Below, piece after piece: positions 1-8,878 of a stretch of DNA of 64,000 nucleotides. Positions within the stretch are counted from its first letter, which is position 1, and every line of letters begins with the position of its first letter. Both the position numbers and the translations under genes were made by a program. The stretch is from Bdellovibrio sp. Its GTDB lineage: Bacteria; Bdellovibrionota; Bdellovibrionia; Bdellovibrionales; Bdellovibrionaceae. The stretch is from assembly GCA_036677065.1 (NCBI GenBank), contig JAKFBS010000002.1:288001-352000 (forward strand). Direction: 5' to 3'. The notes below the pieces were generated by a model. The model did not search any database and was not told the origin of the DNA. It saw only the letters and a list, made by a program, of their open reading frames with translations.

Positions 1-428
1 CTTAAAAATTTTTCTAAGTTTTTCATCGACGATTTATCAACATCTTCTGGCTTATATGTTCCGTGAAAAACTGATTCAATATCTGCTGTTTTAACCTTAG
101 CGCGGCTTTTCTTTACGAAGTCGGCGGTCTTTTCTTTAACTTCGAAAAAATATGGTGGCTTTGGGTCATCGCCGTAAGAGCGGATGCGCATATTAAAACG
201 CTTCGGGTTAACACCATCACTGTTATGATAAAAAGACTGAACCGGAGAATCGAAATAAAGCGAATTAATGGTATAAAAACTGTCTGGCGATATCTGCGAA
301 TAATAATCCATGTCGCAATAGGCTTTTACGTATTCTGAAATAGGGTCGACAAGGCGGTACGGGATTAAGTACTTAATCTCGTAGCGTTCAAACATGAGTG
401 GCGAAACGCCGCCGTCGTTATTTGACAT
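1..428 (-). CDS. VTC-domain (polyphosphate polymerase, CYTH/TTM-like) protein, 5' part; runs off the window's left edge
   Basis: Not in the ORF track; translated by hand from ATG at 428: MSNNDGGVSPLMFERYEIKYLIP...INSLYFDS...RFNMRIRSYG...FFEVKEK. These match VTC motifs RxExKY, SLYFD, RIRxY, FxExKxK. Overlaps the upstream stop codon. Confidence 0.85.
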   Translation of the reverse strand, partial: MSNNDGGVSPLMFERYEIKYLIPYRLVDPISEYVKAYCDMDYYSQISPDSFYTINSLYFDSPVQSFYHNSDGVNPKRFNMRIRSYGDDPKPPYFFEVKEKTADFVKKSRAKVKTADIESVFHGTYKPEDVDKSSMKNLEKFL

Positions 429-1539
429 ACTTGCGTAATTCCATGAGCGTCAGTGGGCGTTCAGTTTCATACATCAGCGTTAAGATTTTATCTAAGATAG
501 TTGTTTTTAAAGAAATAAGCTTTGCGTTCTTTTCAAATTTATTTTTTTGCATTCCCTGAATCGTTTGCAAATCGATCACGCTGTAGATGTTTTTCTTATT
601 CGAAAGAAATTTATCTTCTTTAAAGCTGGATTTTTGCAGAGACTGCATAAGTTCGATATCGTCTTTAAGAGTCGCTTTGATATTTTTTAATTCATTTGTT
701 CTGGTTTGCGTGTTTGTACGTTCGGTTAACAGCTTACGTTGTAAGTTGTAGCGGTCAGAATAATACAGGGTTTTTTCTTCGCGTAAGAAGTTAATATTAA
801 AAACAGCCTTTAATCCAAAAGCGCCTTCGCTATTTTCTTTTTCATAGTCTTTTTCATAAGTGACTTCAAAACCATCAAAAACGGCAAAATCCTCGGCACG
901 TTTGTATTCATACTCGGCCATAGCAAGTCTTGCATAGAGATCATAAGCTTTGCCAGACTGTGATGATAAAGAGTCTGTATTTAAATTATCTATAAGATTA
1001 TGAATATTTTTAACATTCAATACAGCTTCTTCGGGAACTTGATCCCAGGTGATGCGCATTTGCCCTAAGAGCGGCATGAGCTCATTTTTTTGCTCATTAA
1101 GTTCTAGACCTAACAGTTGTTTATCTTCATCGGCAGCGATGATTTTAAACACAGTACTGACGTCCGTGTTTGAATTTTCGTATGTTGCCGTTAATGAATC
1201 ACGAAAGCGACTCATCCACTTGTTGTATTCAGTGTATTGCTTTTGTTTTTGTTTAATATCCAAAGCTTGAATAAAATTGCGGATGTTATTCAAATCCACT
1301 TCTGAATTGATGAACTGGCTGTTGATAGATTTAAACTTACGGTCAATCTCTTTAACTTTGCGCCATTTTTTAAACTCTTCGATGCCGTAAAGTTTAAATT
1401 TTAATGAATATTCATACTTTTGACCTTCAAGATCGTTATTGCCGATACTGAGTTGGGCATCTTTAAAAGGAGACTGAAAGCCAAAGGCTTTTAATCCAAA
1501 CAAGCATAAAATAGTTAAAAGTAAATTACTGTGCTTCAT
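418..1539 (-). CDS. Secreted, largely alpha-helical protein; possible divergent TolC/outer-membrane-factor-like protein
   Basis: Likely start MKHSNLLLTILCLFGLKAFG (signal peptide, ATG at 1539, overlapping the upstream gene end). Coiled-coil helices flank a short beta-hairpin-like segment (GFEVTYEK...FGLKAVFNINF). Lies next to a HlyD-type gene. Confidence 0.5.
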   Translation of the reverse strand: MKHSNLLLTILCLFGLKAFGFQSPFKDAQLSIGNNDLEGQKYEYSLKFKLYGIEEFKKWRKVKEIDRKFKSINSQFINSEVDLNNIRNFIQALDIKQKQKQYTEYNKWMSRFRDSLTATYENSNTDVSTVFKIIAADEDKQLLGLELNEQKNELMPLLGQMRITWDQVPEEAVLNVKNIHNLIDNLNTDSLSSQSGKAYDLYARLAMAEYEYKRAEDFAVFDGFEVTYEKDYEKENSEGAFGLKAVFNINFLREEKTLYYSDRYNLQRKLLTERTNTQTRTNELKNIKATLKDDIELMQSLQKSSFKEDKFLSNKKNIYSVIDLQTIQGMQKNKFEKNAKLISLKTTILDKILTLMYETERPLTLMELRKYVK

Positions 1540-3310
1540 TGATAAAGTAGTAAGGTTCGTTTTTACCTTCGTCAAAAACACCAAGGATTTCATTTTTCAT
1601 ACCTAAGGCAATACCTTCTAGTTGGTTGACCGGAAATGTTTTGAGCAGTTTTAAGTTGTCGCTAGTTAGTTTATTCGTTTTCCATAAAGCACTGCAGTTC
1701 GCTTTTTTGCAAGTTGTAGAAATATAGTATGTGCCGTTTGAAAATACCAAATCACTTAAACCCATTTTGTTATCATCTGCAGTTTCAGTTTTGCCTTCAA
1801 AATTAAGTTTTGCTTCAAGACTAACTTGTTGCGGGTGAAAGTATTTGTTTGTGAAAATATATTCTTTGTTAATTAAACGCAGAATATAGCTTTCATTGCT
1901 TTCAGCATGTGGTGCTTTTAAAGCTAACAAAATATCATTTCCAACCAAAGTCATGCCTTCGATATCTAGATCACCCTTTTTGACAGTGCTTGCCTGAATA
2001 GTCGCTGCCAATTTTTGCAGTTCTTTTTGTTCAGATTTCGCCATTGCTGCTAATAACAACGGGCGTAATTCAAAGCTAGAAACTGCAGTTAGCTCTAAGC
2101 CAACGCGTTTCACTTTAACGATTAAGCTTCTGTTCTTTTTGATGTCACCGCTTGAATTACGAGATTGTGAAGATAAAAGATAAATAAAGTTATCATCCTG
2201 AGCAATCGATTCGATATCCATGATCTCAGTCAGGTTTTTAATTTTTAAGGTCTCATTATCAAGGCTGCCATCACGGTTCATGAGAAATAATAATGGCGAA
2301 TGCGCTTCGTCAGTATCATCGCTAATCACTAAGTACTTATTTAAATCCGCAAGCCAGATAGCTCCAGAGGGTTCAAATTTGGATTGTTCATAAGTAGCCG
2401 ATGGGATCATCATTTTCTTTAAAGAAAATTGGCTAGAAGTCTCGAAAAGACCAAGGTCGCTTTTCGAAGCGTTAGCTAAGGCCATAAAACTTAAAAATGG
2501 TTTTGATGGGTCTACGGCAACTTTTTCACCAATTAACAATTGTGTGTGTTCGCTTAATTCTAAGGTCACTTCGCGGCCGTAAGCGACCATATTTTGAAAT
2601 TTCAATAAACGCAGAGGCATCTCAACAGTTCTGCGCCCTACATTTTTAACTACTGCTGTAGAGACAACATTGGCGCGAGTTGCCGAGCGAACTTTAACCA
2701 CTTGGCCTTCAACTAAATTCACATCAAGGCTTTCGTTGATAAAACCAGTCACGAAAGTAGGTGAGTTGTTTGATAATGTTAAGAGCGTGGCAAAGCCATC
2801 AGCTTTTTCGCCAGTTTTAAAATTAATCGTTCCAACTACGCCATCAGCCGGTGAAAAGACATAAAGGTCTCTTTTCTTTTTTTCTAAATAGTCTTTTTCT
2901 TTAATAAGATCGTTTAGCTCTGATTGCATGGGGTCCATGAACTGGCCTGCATTTTTAGCTATGTTTTTAGATTTAGGAATAATGCGGCCAATTTCTTTGC
3001 GTAAAGTAATTTCTGATTGAAGACGATTCATTCTGAAATCAACATCACGAATTTTTGTATTTAGATCTGATTGTTCAAGTTCTAACAACAGATCTCCTTT
3101 GCGGACATTTTGCCCCTGGATGACGTGGATTCGCTTTACTTCGACAGGGTATTCAAAATTAATCTGCAATTCTTTAGAATCAGCGATTCCTAAAAAACCG
3201 ATGCGTTCTACGCGAATCGAATTATAGAGTACGCCGCAGATGAAGATGGCTGCGATAAGCGAGGCGTAGATGAGGCTGTGCGTTTTTGTCGATATTTTTG
3301 ATTTTTTCAT
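1526..3310 (-). CDS. HlyD/membrane-fusion adaptor fused to a DUF3616/SdiA-regulated-like beta-propeller
   Basis: N-terminal TM; lipoyl half-motifs (VKRIHVIQGQNVRKGDLLLEL, VFSPADGVV...GEK); coiled hairpin; then propeller-type repeats FEPSG, ISDD, DIESIA..SSQSR, DIEGM, LEGIA. Confidence 0.75.
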   Translation of the reverse strand: MKKSKISTKTHSLIYASLIAAIFICGVLYNSIRVERIGFLGIADSKELQINFEYPVEVKRIHVIQGQNVRKGDLLLELEQSDLNTKIRDVDFRMNRLQSEITLRKEIGRIIPKSKNIAKNAGQFMDPMQSELNDLIKEKDYLEKKKRDLYVFSPADGVVGTINFKTGEKADGFATLLTLSNNSPTFVTGFINESLDVNLVEGQVVKVRSATRANVVSTAVVKNVGRRTVEMPLRLLKFQNMVAYGREVTLELSEHTQLLIGEKVAVDPSKPFLSFMALANASKSDLGLFETSSQFSLKKMMIPSATYEQSKFEPSGAIWLADLNKYLVISDDTDEAHSPLLFLMNRDGSLDNETLKIKNLTEIMDIESIAQDDNFIYLLSSQSRNSSGDIKKNRSLIVKVKRVGLELTAVSSFELRPLLLAAMAKSEQKELQKLAATIQASTVKKGDLDIEGMTLVGNDILLALKAPHAESNESYILRLINKEYIFTNKYFHPQQVSLEAKLNFEGKTETADDNKMGLSDLVFSNGTYYISTTCKKANCSALWKTNKLTSDNLKLLKTFPVNQLEGIALGMKNEILGVFDEGKNEPYYFINEAQ

Positions 3311-3319
3311 ATTTCAACC

Positions 3320-4003
3320 TTATAAGTCCACGACAGTTTCTTGCATCATGACGTTAACCGCTTTTGCTGTCGGAAGTTTTTGGGCTTCCAGAACCAGGTC
3401 ATGTGAAGTTTTGCCTTTTTTAAATTTAATCTGGTAAGTGTAATCAACACGGTCGCCCTGCGCGACTTCGCGTACGTTTAATAAATAGAAATGCTGGCAG
3501 TAGTTCGTCAGAATGGCTTCTAAGCTACGGACATCTTGCCCCGATTTATCTAAATTCAGACGAAATAAACCATCAAAATAGGTTTCGTTGGCGAAGGGGG
3601 TTTTATGAAGAATTACAGCGACCGCGCCAAAAGCCATGGTTCCAAAAACAGCGATAACATAAGAATGTGCTCCAGCAGCTAAGCCAAGCGCCAGCGAGGC
3701 AAAGATAAAAAACATATCGCGGGGGTCTTTAATATTCGTTCGAAAGCGTAATAAAGAAACGGCGCCCATCATCCCGATACCACGGGCAACGTTATCGCCA
3801 ATGGCTTGCATGGCAATCGCTGTAACGATCGGGCTTAAGATTAACGAGTGGATAAAGTTACGTGAATATGAAAGACCACGAAAAGTTTTAATGTAGGTAA
3901 ATGCGATCGCGCATCCCATGACAAACGATAAACAAAACGCAAAAAGAATCGAAAATTCGCTTAAGTGAGTTGTTGTCGAATTAAGTACGCTAAGATCGAA
4001 CAT
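3320..4003 (-). CDS. DUF4956-family membrane protein (MgtC/SapB-like TM region plus ACT-like C-terminus)
   Basis: Multiple TMs; motif GIGMMGAVSLLRFRTNIKDPRD; this family typically neighbours VTC genes; GAGG RBS. Confidence 0.85.
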   Translation of the reverse strand: MFDLSVLNSTTTHLSEFSILFAFCLSFVMGCAIAFTYIKTFRGLSYSRNFIHSLILSPIVTAIAMQAIGDNVARGIGMMGAVSLLRFRTNIKDPRDMFFIFASLALGLAAGAHSYVIAVFGTMAFGAVAVILHKTPFANETYFDGLFRLNLDKSGQDVRSLEAILTNYCQHFYLLNVREVAQGDRVDYTYQIKFKKGKTSHDLVLEAQKLPTAKAVNVMMQETVVDL

Positions 4004-4017
4004 AGGTATATGCCTCA

Positions 4018-4039
4018 GGTTACGTTAAGTTTACGTTAT
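4018..4039 (-). promoter_or_regulatory. Direct repeat with 11-bp period (OmpR/PhoB-type box candidate)
   Basis: TTACGTTA at 4020-4027 and 4031-4038, just upstream of the DUF4956 RBS. Confidence 0.45.
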
Positions 4040-4152
4040 TATTTTGACCTGGTATGTTTTCTCAAATTTAGGGCGTTCTATAAATGGAAATATGCTTACA
4101 GAGCATATATTTCACAAAGAGGCGCAAAATTGTTAGACACTTTTTGTTTGAG

Positions 4153-4563
4153 TTAAAGCTCTAAGCAAAGGCTTTTAACAGCTTCTTTAGAGCACTCCCA
4201 CTCCTGTGAATGGACTGGCAGCCCGCCTTGATCCAAATAGGTCACAGTGCCAGATTGGGTGGGAGAGTCGCTCTGTGATTGAAATCTAAATATGAACTTT
4301 TCGCCAAAATCTGTTTTTGATGAAATCGTCAAATTGCTTTTGTCTTTATTGCAGTTAATTTTTGAAATCTGGTAACCAAACGGACGAATACCGTAGGGAA
4401 TATGGCGATCCATGATAATTAGGGATTCTTGAGTGTCGACATAAAGGCGAAGATAAGTCTGAAAAACATCATAGGAATACCAGCGCCGGCAAAGGTCGTA
4501 TTTTTCAGCATGAGCGATTGAGTTTAAGAAGATGAAAGTTAAAAATAGAATAATATTTTTCAA
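4153..4563 (-). CDS. Hypothetical secreted protein
   Basis: TTG start; signal peptide MKNIILFLTFIFLNSIAHA; 4 Cys. Confidence 0.7.
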   Translation of the reverse strand: MKNIILFLTFIFLNSIAHAEKYDLCRRWYSYDVFQTYLRLYVDTQESLIIMDRHIPYGIRPFGYQISKINCNKDKSNLTISSKTDFGEKFIFRFQSQSDSPTQSGTVTYLDQGGLPVHSQEWECSKEAVKSLCLEL

Positions 4564-4647
4564 AATGTAAGGCCTTTCGATGATGGAATCCGAAGACCTT
4601 ATGCAATATTTATTCTAAGTCAGATCGGGGTATGTAGCCCCGTTTGA

Positions 4648-6303
4648 TTAGCGGCTTTTTTCTCTGTGGTTATCGCGGTGATTGGATCTTCCGCCATCAT
4701 GCCCTTGGCGAGATTCAGAAACGACCGTCTCGCGAACCACAACCACTTTAATTTGCCCGGGGTACTGCATCTCTTCTTCAATAGTTTTTGCGATCTTTTC
4801 AGCGATTTGTAACGCTCCTAAATCGTCAACCTGGCGCGAGTTAACTAAAACCCTGCATTCACGGCCACCATTAAGGACAAACACGTCAGTGACGCCTTGG
4901 AAGCGTTTAGAGATCTCTTGAAGGCCGGTTACTTTTTGCGTGTAAGTTTCCATAGTTGATCTGCGTGCGCCTGGGCGACCGCCTGAAATCGCATCGGCTG
5001 CGATCACTAAAAAGTCCATGTCGGCTTCTGGCTGCACATCATAGTGATGGGCGCGAACGGCATGAACCACTTCAGGGTCTTCACCACGAGCTTCGATGAA
5101 ATCAGCACCAATGACCGCATGTGATCCATCGAATTGGTGATCCAGGGCTTTACCCAAGTCATGCAGTAACCCTGCACGTTTTGATTTTTTAATATCTGCG
5201 CGAATTTCTGCAGCTAAAAGTGAAGCAAACCAGCCCACTTCAGCACAGTGAAAGTATTGATTTTGGGTGTAAGAATAACGGTAACGAAGTGAACCCATCA
5301 CTTGGCGAATTTCAGGATGGATATTTTGCATCGCTAATTCTTTAGCTTGAAGATCGCCATCTTTTTTAATCTGTCGCAATAATTCGGCTTTTAAGTTTTC
5401 GCCGGTTTTACGGATGTGTTCTGCAGGTAAAGGTTTATTCTGTTTTTCGATGTCTTTAAATAGTTTTTCAAAAAGACGGCGAGTCAATTCACGACGAACC
5501 GGATCGTAGCCAATAACCTGAATATTCAACATTCTTTCAGGATCTGGTTGTTCGTCGATAAAAATATCACAGCCCGTGACCTCTTCAACAGCGGCCACAT
5601 TGTCTTTTAAAGCATGGCAGAAATGACCACGAACTCTTTCGTCCGGAAAATAAGTTGAAGAGATATTTCTTTCGGTGCTCATTTCTTTAGTGAAACGATC
5701 AATGCATAAACCTAAAATGCGTTTTGCTTTAGCTTCAGCAAAAGCTTTATGTTCTTCTTCTGCAAAATTAATATAATTTTCGTAATCTTGGTTAGCCTCA
5801 GTAATTAATTGCGTTGTGATATCCTGAATCACTTCTTCTTTTTTTAACTGGGTTTTTGTGTGCAATTGATTTTGGTAATTTTCATTGAACTGATTTAATT
5901 GATCAACGAAAACCTGAAAAGATTTTTGTTGGTCGGCTAAACGCATTGATAATTCGCGAAGCTCGGTTTCCATTTTAAATAAACCACCACGATTTGTTTT
6001 ATCTGTTTCTTCGTGTGATTTTTTGCGCTCTGCAATTTGTTGTTCTAAATCAGTGCAGCGGCCTTCCATTAATAAATGCGCTTCTTCGACTTTGCCCCAC
6101 GCGGTTAATTCAATTTCTTGAATCACTTCATTGCGTTCATCTTCTTCTAATTGAAACTGATCCTGGGCCTCTTTTAAAAGCTCATTGGCTTCAAGGTGGG
6201 CTTCTTTAAGTATCATACGTTCGACGGCTTTTTTGATGGCGAAAATCACAACGCCGCCTAATAAAAATCCGATCACAAAATTCATAACTGTTATTAAACT
6301 CAT
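4648..6303 (-). CDS. rny: Ribonuclease Y
   Basis: N-terminal TM, coiled coil, KH-like region, HD domain (LLHDLGKA, AADAISGGRPGAR), C-terminal YPGQIKVVVVRE. Confidence 0.92.
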   Translation of the reverse strand: MSLITVMNFVIGFLLGGVVIFAIKKAVERMILKEAHLEANELLKEAQDQFQLEEDERNEVIQEIELTAWGKVEEAHLLMEGRCTDLEQQIAERKKSHEETDKTNRGGLFKMETELRELSMRLADQQKSFQVFVDQLNQFNENYQNQLHTKTQLKKEEVIQDITTQLITEANQDYENYINFAEEEHKAFAEAKAKRILGLCIDRFTKEMSTERNISSTYFPDERVRGHFCHALKDNVAAVEEVTGCDIFIDEQPDPERMLNIQVIGYDPVRRELTRRLFEKLFKDIEKQNKPLPAEHIRKTGENLKAELLRQIKKDGDLQAKELAMQNIHPEIRQVMGSLRYRYSYTQNQYFHCAEVGWFASLLAAEIRADIKKSKRAGLLHDLGKALDHQFDGSHAVIGADFIEARGEDPEVVHAVRAHHYDVQPEADMDFLVIAADAISGGRPGARRSTMETYTQKVTGLQEISKRFQGVTDVFVLNGGRECRVLVNSRQVDDLGALQIAEKIAKTIEEEMQYPGQIKVVVVRETVVSESRQGHDGGRSNHRDNHREKSR

Positions 6304-6317
6304 AATTAAATCTATCC

Positions 6318-7589
6318 TTAAATTTGACCCTGAACTTCGGCTTCAACCATCGCTTCTTGATCGGTGGCCGTGGGGTGGTCTAAATATTTCAATTTTTGTA
6401 AAATCACTAAAGTAAATAAACCCACACCGATCGCCATGTAACCAACGGCGGGGTAATTTAATAAACGTCCATCTTTAGAGTCAATCATGACAATCATTCC
6501 CGCAATGTAAGAGCCTGCAGCCATAGCGAGTGACTGCAAACAACTTAAAAGGCTCATGAAGGCACCGCGCTGTTGTGCTGAGACTGCGCCAGATACGAGG
6601 GCCTGTGCTGGAATCATGCGTGATCCTGCCGATATAAAAAATAAACTAGCTACAATTAAAACAATCCAAAGACTGTCTTTTCCTTGATGGGTCACCAAAA
6701 ATATCGGAATGATCGAAAATAAAATCGAGTACATATAGATCTTAGCTTTGCCGTAGCGATCTGAAAGTCTTCCGACCAGTGGCGCACTAAAAAAAGAACA
6801 AATTCCACCTATTAGATAAATCAAGGTCAGTTCTTTTTCGCTCAGGCCTGCATTCACAACCTGAGAAGTGGCAATAAACGGGATAATACTAAAATGCGAG
6901 AACATCACAAAAAACATAAAAATCAAAGACACGCGCTGGACCGGTGATTGCAGAACTGAAACGACGGGCTGCCAAAATGTGATTTTAGGCACTTTGTGCA
7001 TTTCGGGAATATCAGGCTGAAGATGTTTATTAATGTTCGGAACGTAGCGATAAATTCCAACTAAGATAATTAAACATAAGGCGGCCAAGAAAATAAAAGG
7101 TGAATACCAAGTTAATGATTGTGAAAGAAAAATAGAAAATGGCACGCCAAAGATTGAGGCTGCTGAAAATGCCGTAGCTAAAAAGCCCATGGCCATGCCA
7201 CGACGTTTGTAATCAATCAGATCACTTGCGATTGAAAGAATAATCGAATTCATCACGCCGCCGAAAAAACCAGTCATCGAGCGGGCTATAAGTAAAGTTT
7301 GGTAATCGCGAGCTATGCCGCAAAATAGGGTGGCTAAAGTAAACCCGGCAAATAAAATAATTAGACTTTTTTTGCGATCAAAACGATCCATGTAAAACGA
7401 AGCTAAAAATCCTGAAATGCCCGCAAAAAAAGTGTAACTTGAAACTAATAAACTAAATTGCTGGGCTTCGATCGAAAAAAGACGCATCAATTGTGTTCCC
7501 ATCGGCATGATAATCATGAAATCCACGATGTGATTAAATTGAACGAAAGCTAAGATGGTTAATATTTTTTTCTCTAAAGATGTAAACAC
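6318..7589 (-). CDS. MFS transporter
   Basis: About 12 TMs; motif A-like MDRFDRKK and GRLSDRYGK. Confidence 0.9.
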   Translation of the reverse strand: MFTSLEKKILTILAFVQFNHIVDFMIIMPMGTQLMRLFSIEAQQFSLLVSSYTFFAGISGFLASFYMDRFDRKKSLIILFAGFTLATLFCGIARDYQTLLIARSMTGFFGGVMNSIILSIASDLIDYKRRGMAMGFLATAFSAASIFGVPFSIFLSQSLTWYSPFIFLAALCLIILVGIYRYVPNINKHLQPDIPEMHKVPKITFWQPVVSVLQSPVQRVSLIFMFFVMFSHFSIIPFIATSQVVNAGLSEKELTLIYLIGGICSFFSAPLVGRLSDRYGKAKIYMYSILFSIIPIFLVTHQGKDSLWIVLIVASLFFISAGSRMIPAQALVSGAVSAQQRGAFMSLLSCLQSLAMAAGSYIAGMIVMIDSKDGRLLNYPAVGYMAIGVGLFTLVILQKLKYLDHPTATDQEAMVEAEVQGQI

Positions 7590-7654
7590 AATCTTTAGAG
7601 TCTATCTTTTGGTATAGTTCTCTTAAAGGTTTTCTTTTGTGAACGTCCTGCGTT

Positions 7655-8119
7655 ATGTGGTACAAGATCAGTATGTGGATAAAAATACTTTCAGTAACTA
7701 AAACAGCGTTCATTACTTTTGCAATTTTCTTCGTCTTATTTTGGATTTTTATCTGGAATTTTTCTTTTGTTTTTAAACAAAAAGTCATAGGAGAAGTGCA
7801 AAAAATCGAGCACGTTAGCCCGCAAGCTATCATCACAAATAATATGCCAATGAATCCTCAAGTTTTTTCATATTCTGTTGCCATTAAAGACCTGCGCACC
7901 AATGAAATTCATATGGCTTCTAGCGAAGATCGTAAGTGGGGAGCTGTGCAGCCTGGAAACTGCGTGGTCGCTGCATTTTTTCCTTATGAGCCATGGAGGC
8001 TATCTAAAGGGATGACTGATAGAAATGCTCGTCTTTTACAAAATTTTACGAATTGTGCTGATGTTCCAAACAATGGTGGCTTCATCAGTTGGCTTAAGTT
8101 CTTCTTTTTAGTTTATTAA
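7655..8119 (+). CDS. Hypothetical membrane-anchored protein
   Basis: 154 aa ORF with N-terminal TM; start may be the second Met (7673). Confidence 0.7.
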   Translation: MWYKISMWIKILSVTKTAFITFAIFFVLFWIFIWNFSFVFKQKVIGEVQKIEHVSPQAIITNNMPMNPQVFSYSVAIKDLRTNEIHMASSEDRKWGAVQPGNCVVAAFFPYEPWRLSKGMTDRNARLLQNFTNCADVPNNGGFISWLKFFFLVY

Positions 8120-8131
8120 GAATATTAAATC

Positions 8132-8275
8132 TTAGCGAAAAATTGAAGTCACAAGAGCTTGTGCACGTAATGGGTATGAGCTTCTTTGCTGATTTGATTT
8201 TTGGTAAATCATGTATGTCAGAGTCAACATCATGAACACGATAAACCAATTTCTCATCTGCATATAATGAAGCAT
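8132..8275 (-). CDS. Small (47 aa) membrane peptide, putative
   Basis: Hand translation MLHYMQMRNWFIVFMMLTLTYMIYQKSNQQRSSYPLRAQALVTSIFR; AAAGGT RBS-like site; 10 bp downstream of pgsA and fills the gap. Confidence 0.5.
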   Translation of the reverse strand: MLHYMQMRNWFIVFMMLTLTYMIYQKSNQQRSSYPLRAQALVTSIFR

Positions 8276-8285
8276 ATTAAACCTT

Positions 8286-8837
8286 TTAAGACTTCTTTTC
8301 GTCTAAATAGAGTTTGAAGTAATCCCAACCACTGATCAGGCTTAATAAAACACTGAACCAAAGAAGTCCATATCCGATTTTTAAGTTAGGAAAGTAGGGA
8401 TGTATTTCGTTCACCATCATGAAAGGAACGGATATCATTTGTAAGGCCGCCTTCCATTTGCCCGTCGTTTGAGCAGGAATAACTAAGCCATCGGCAGAAG
8501 CTGCAGCCCGAATTCCACCCACTAAAGTGTCGCGGGTTAAAAATAACATCACCATCCAAGGATCAATTTTTTGCTGATGTAATAGGATCACTAAGATAGC
8601 CATCACTAAAATTTTATCGGCAACCGGATCTAAGAATTTACCCAAATTTGTAACGGCATTATATTTACGTGCAAAGTAGCCATCGTAATAATCAGTGATT
8701 GAAGCTGCATAAAAAAGAAGAACAGCAATCCAATCTAAATAATATCCTTCAAAGTTTTTGCTATAAAGTAACAATATTGCCACTGGAATCGTAGCAAAGA
8801 TGCGGGCCACCGTAAGTATAAGAGGTAGTTTCTTCAT
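8286..8837 (-). CDS. pgsA: CDP-diacylglycerol--glycerol-3-phosphate 3-phosphatidyltransferase
   Basis: CDP-alcohol phosphotransferase motif DYYDGYFARKYNAVTNLGKFLDPVADK; start taken at MKKLP. Confidence 0.92.
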   Translation of the reverse strand: MKKLPLILTVARIFATIPVAILLLYSKNFEGYYLDWIAVLLFYAASITDYYDGYFARKYNAVTNLGKFLDPVADKILVMAILVILLHQQKIDPWMVMLFLTRDTLVGGIRAAASADGLVIPAQTTGKWKAALQMISVPFMMVNEIHPYFPNLKIGYGLLWFSVLLSLISGWDYFKLYLDEKKS

Positions 8838-8878
8838 TCGCTTTGATCTTGAGTTCAAAGCCTAGCTTATGTCAAGAT

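Noticed and set aside
1540..1593. N-terminal extension of the 391-aa ORF
   Set aside because: Overlaps the upstream gene; the signal peptide begins at Met 1539
4566..4647. Hairpins downstream of rny as a terminator or RBS-sequestering element
   Set aside because: Stems are imperfect and there is no U-tract; too weak to call
6304..6317. 6S RNA / zapA-ygfA context often found upstream of rny
   Set aside because: Only 14 bp separate rny from the MFS gene; no room
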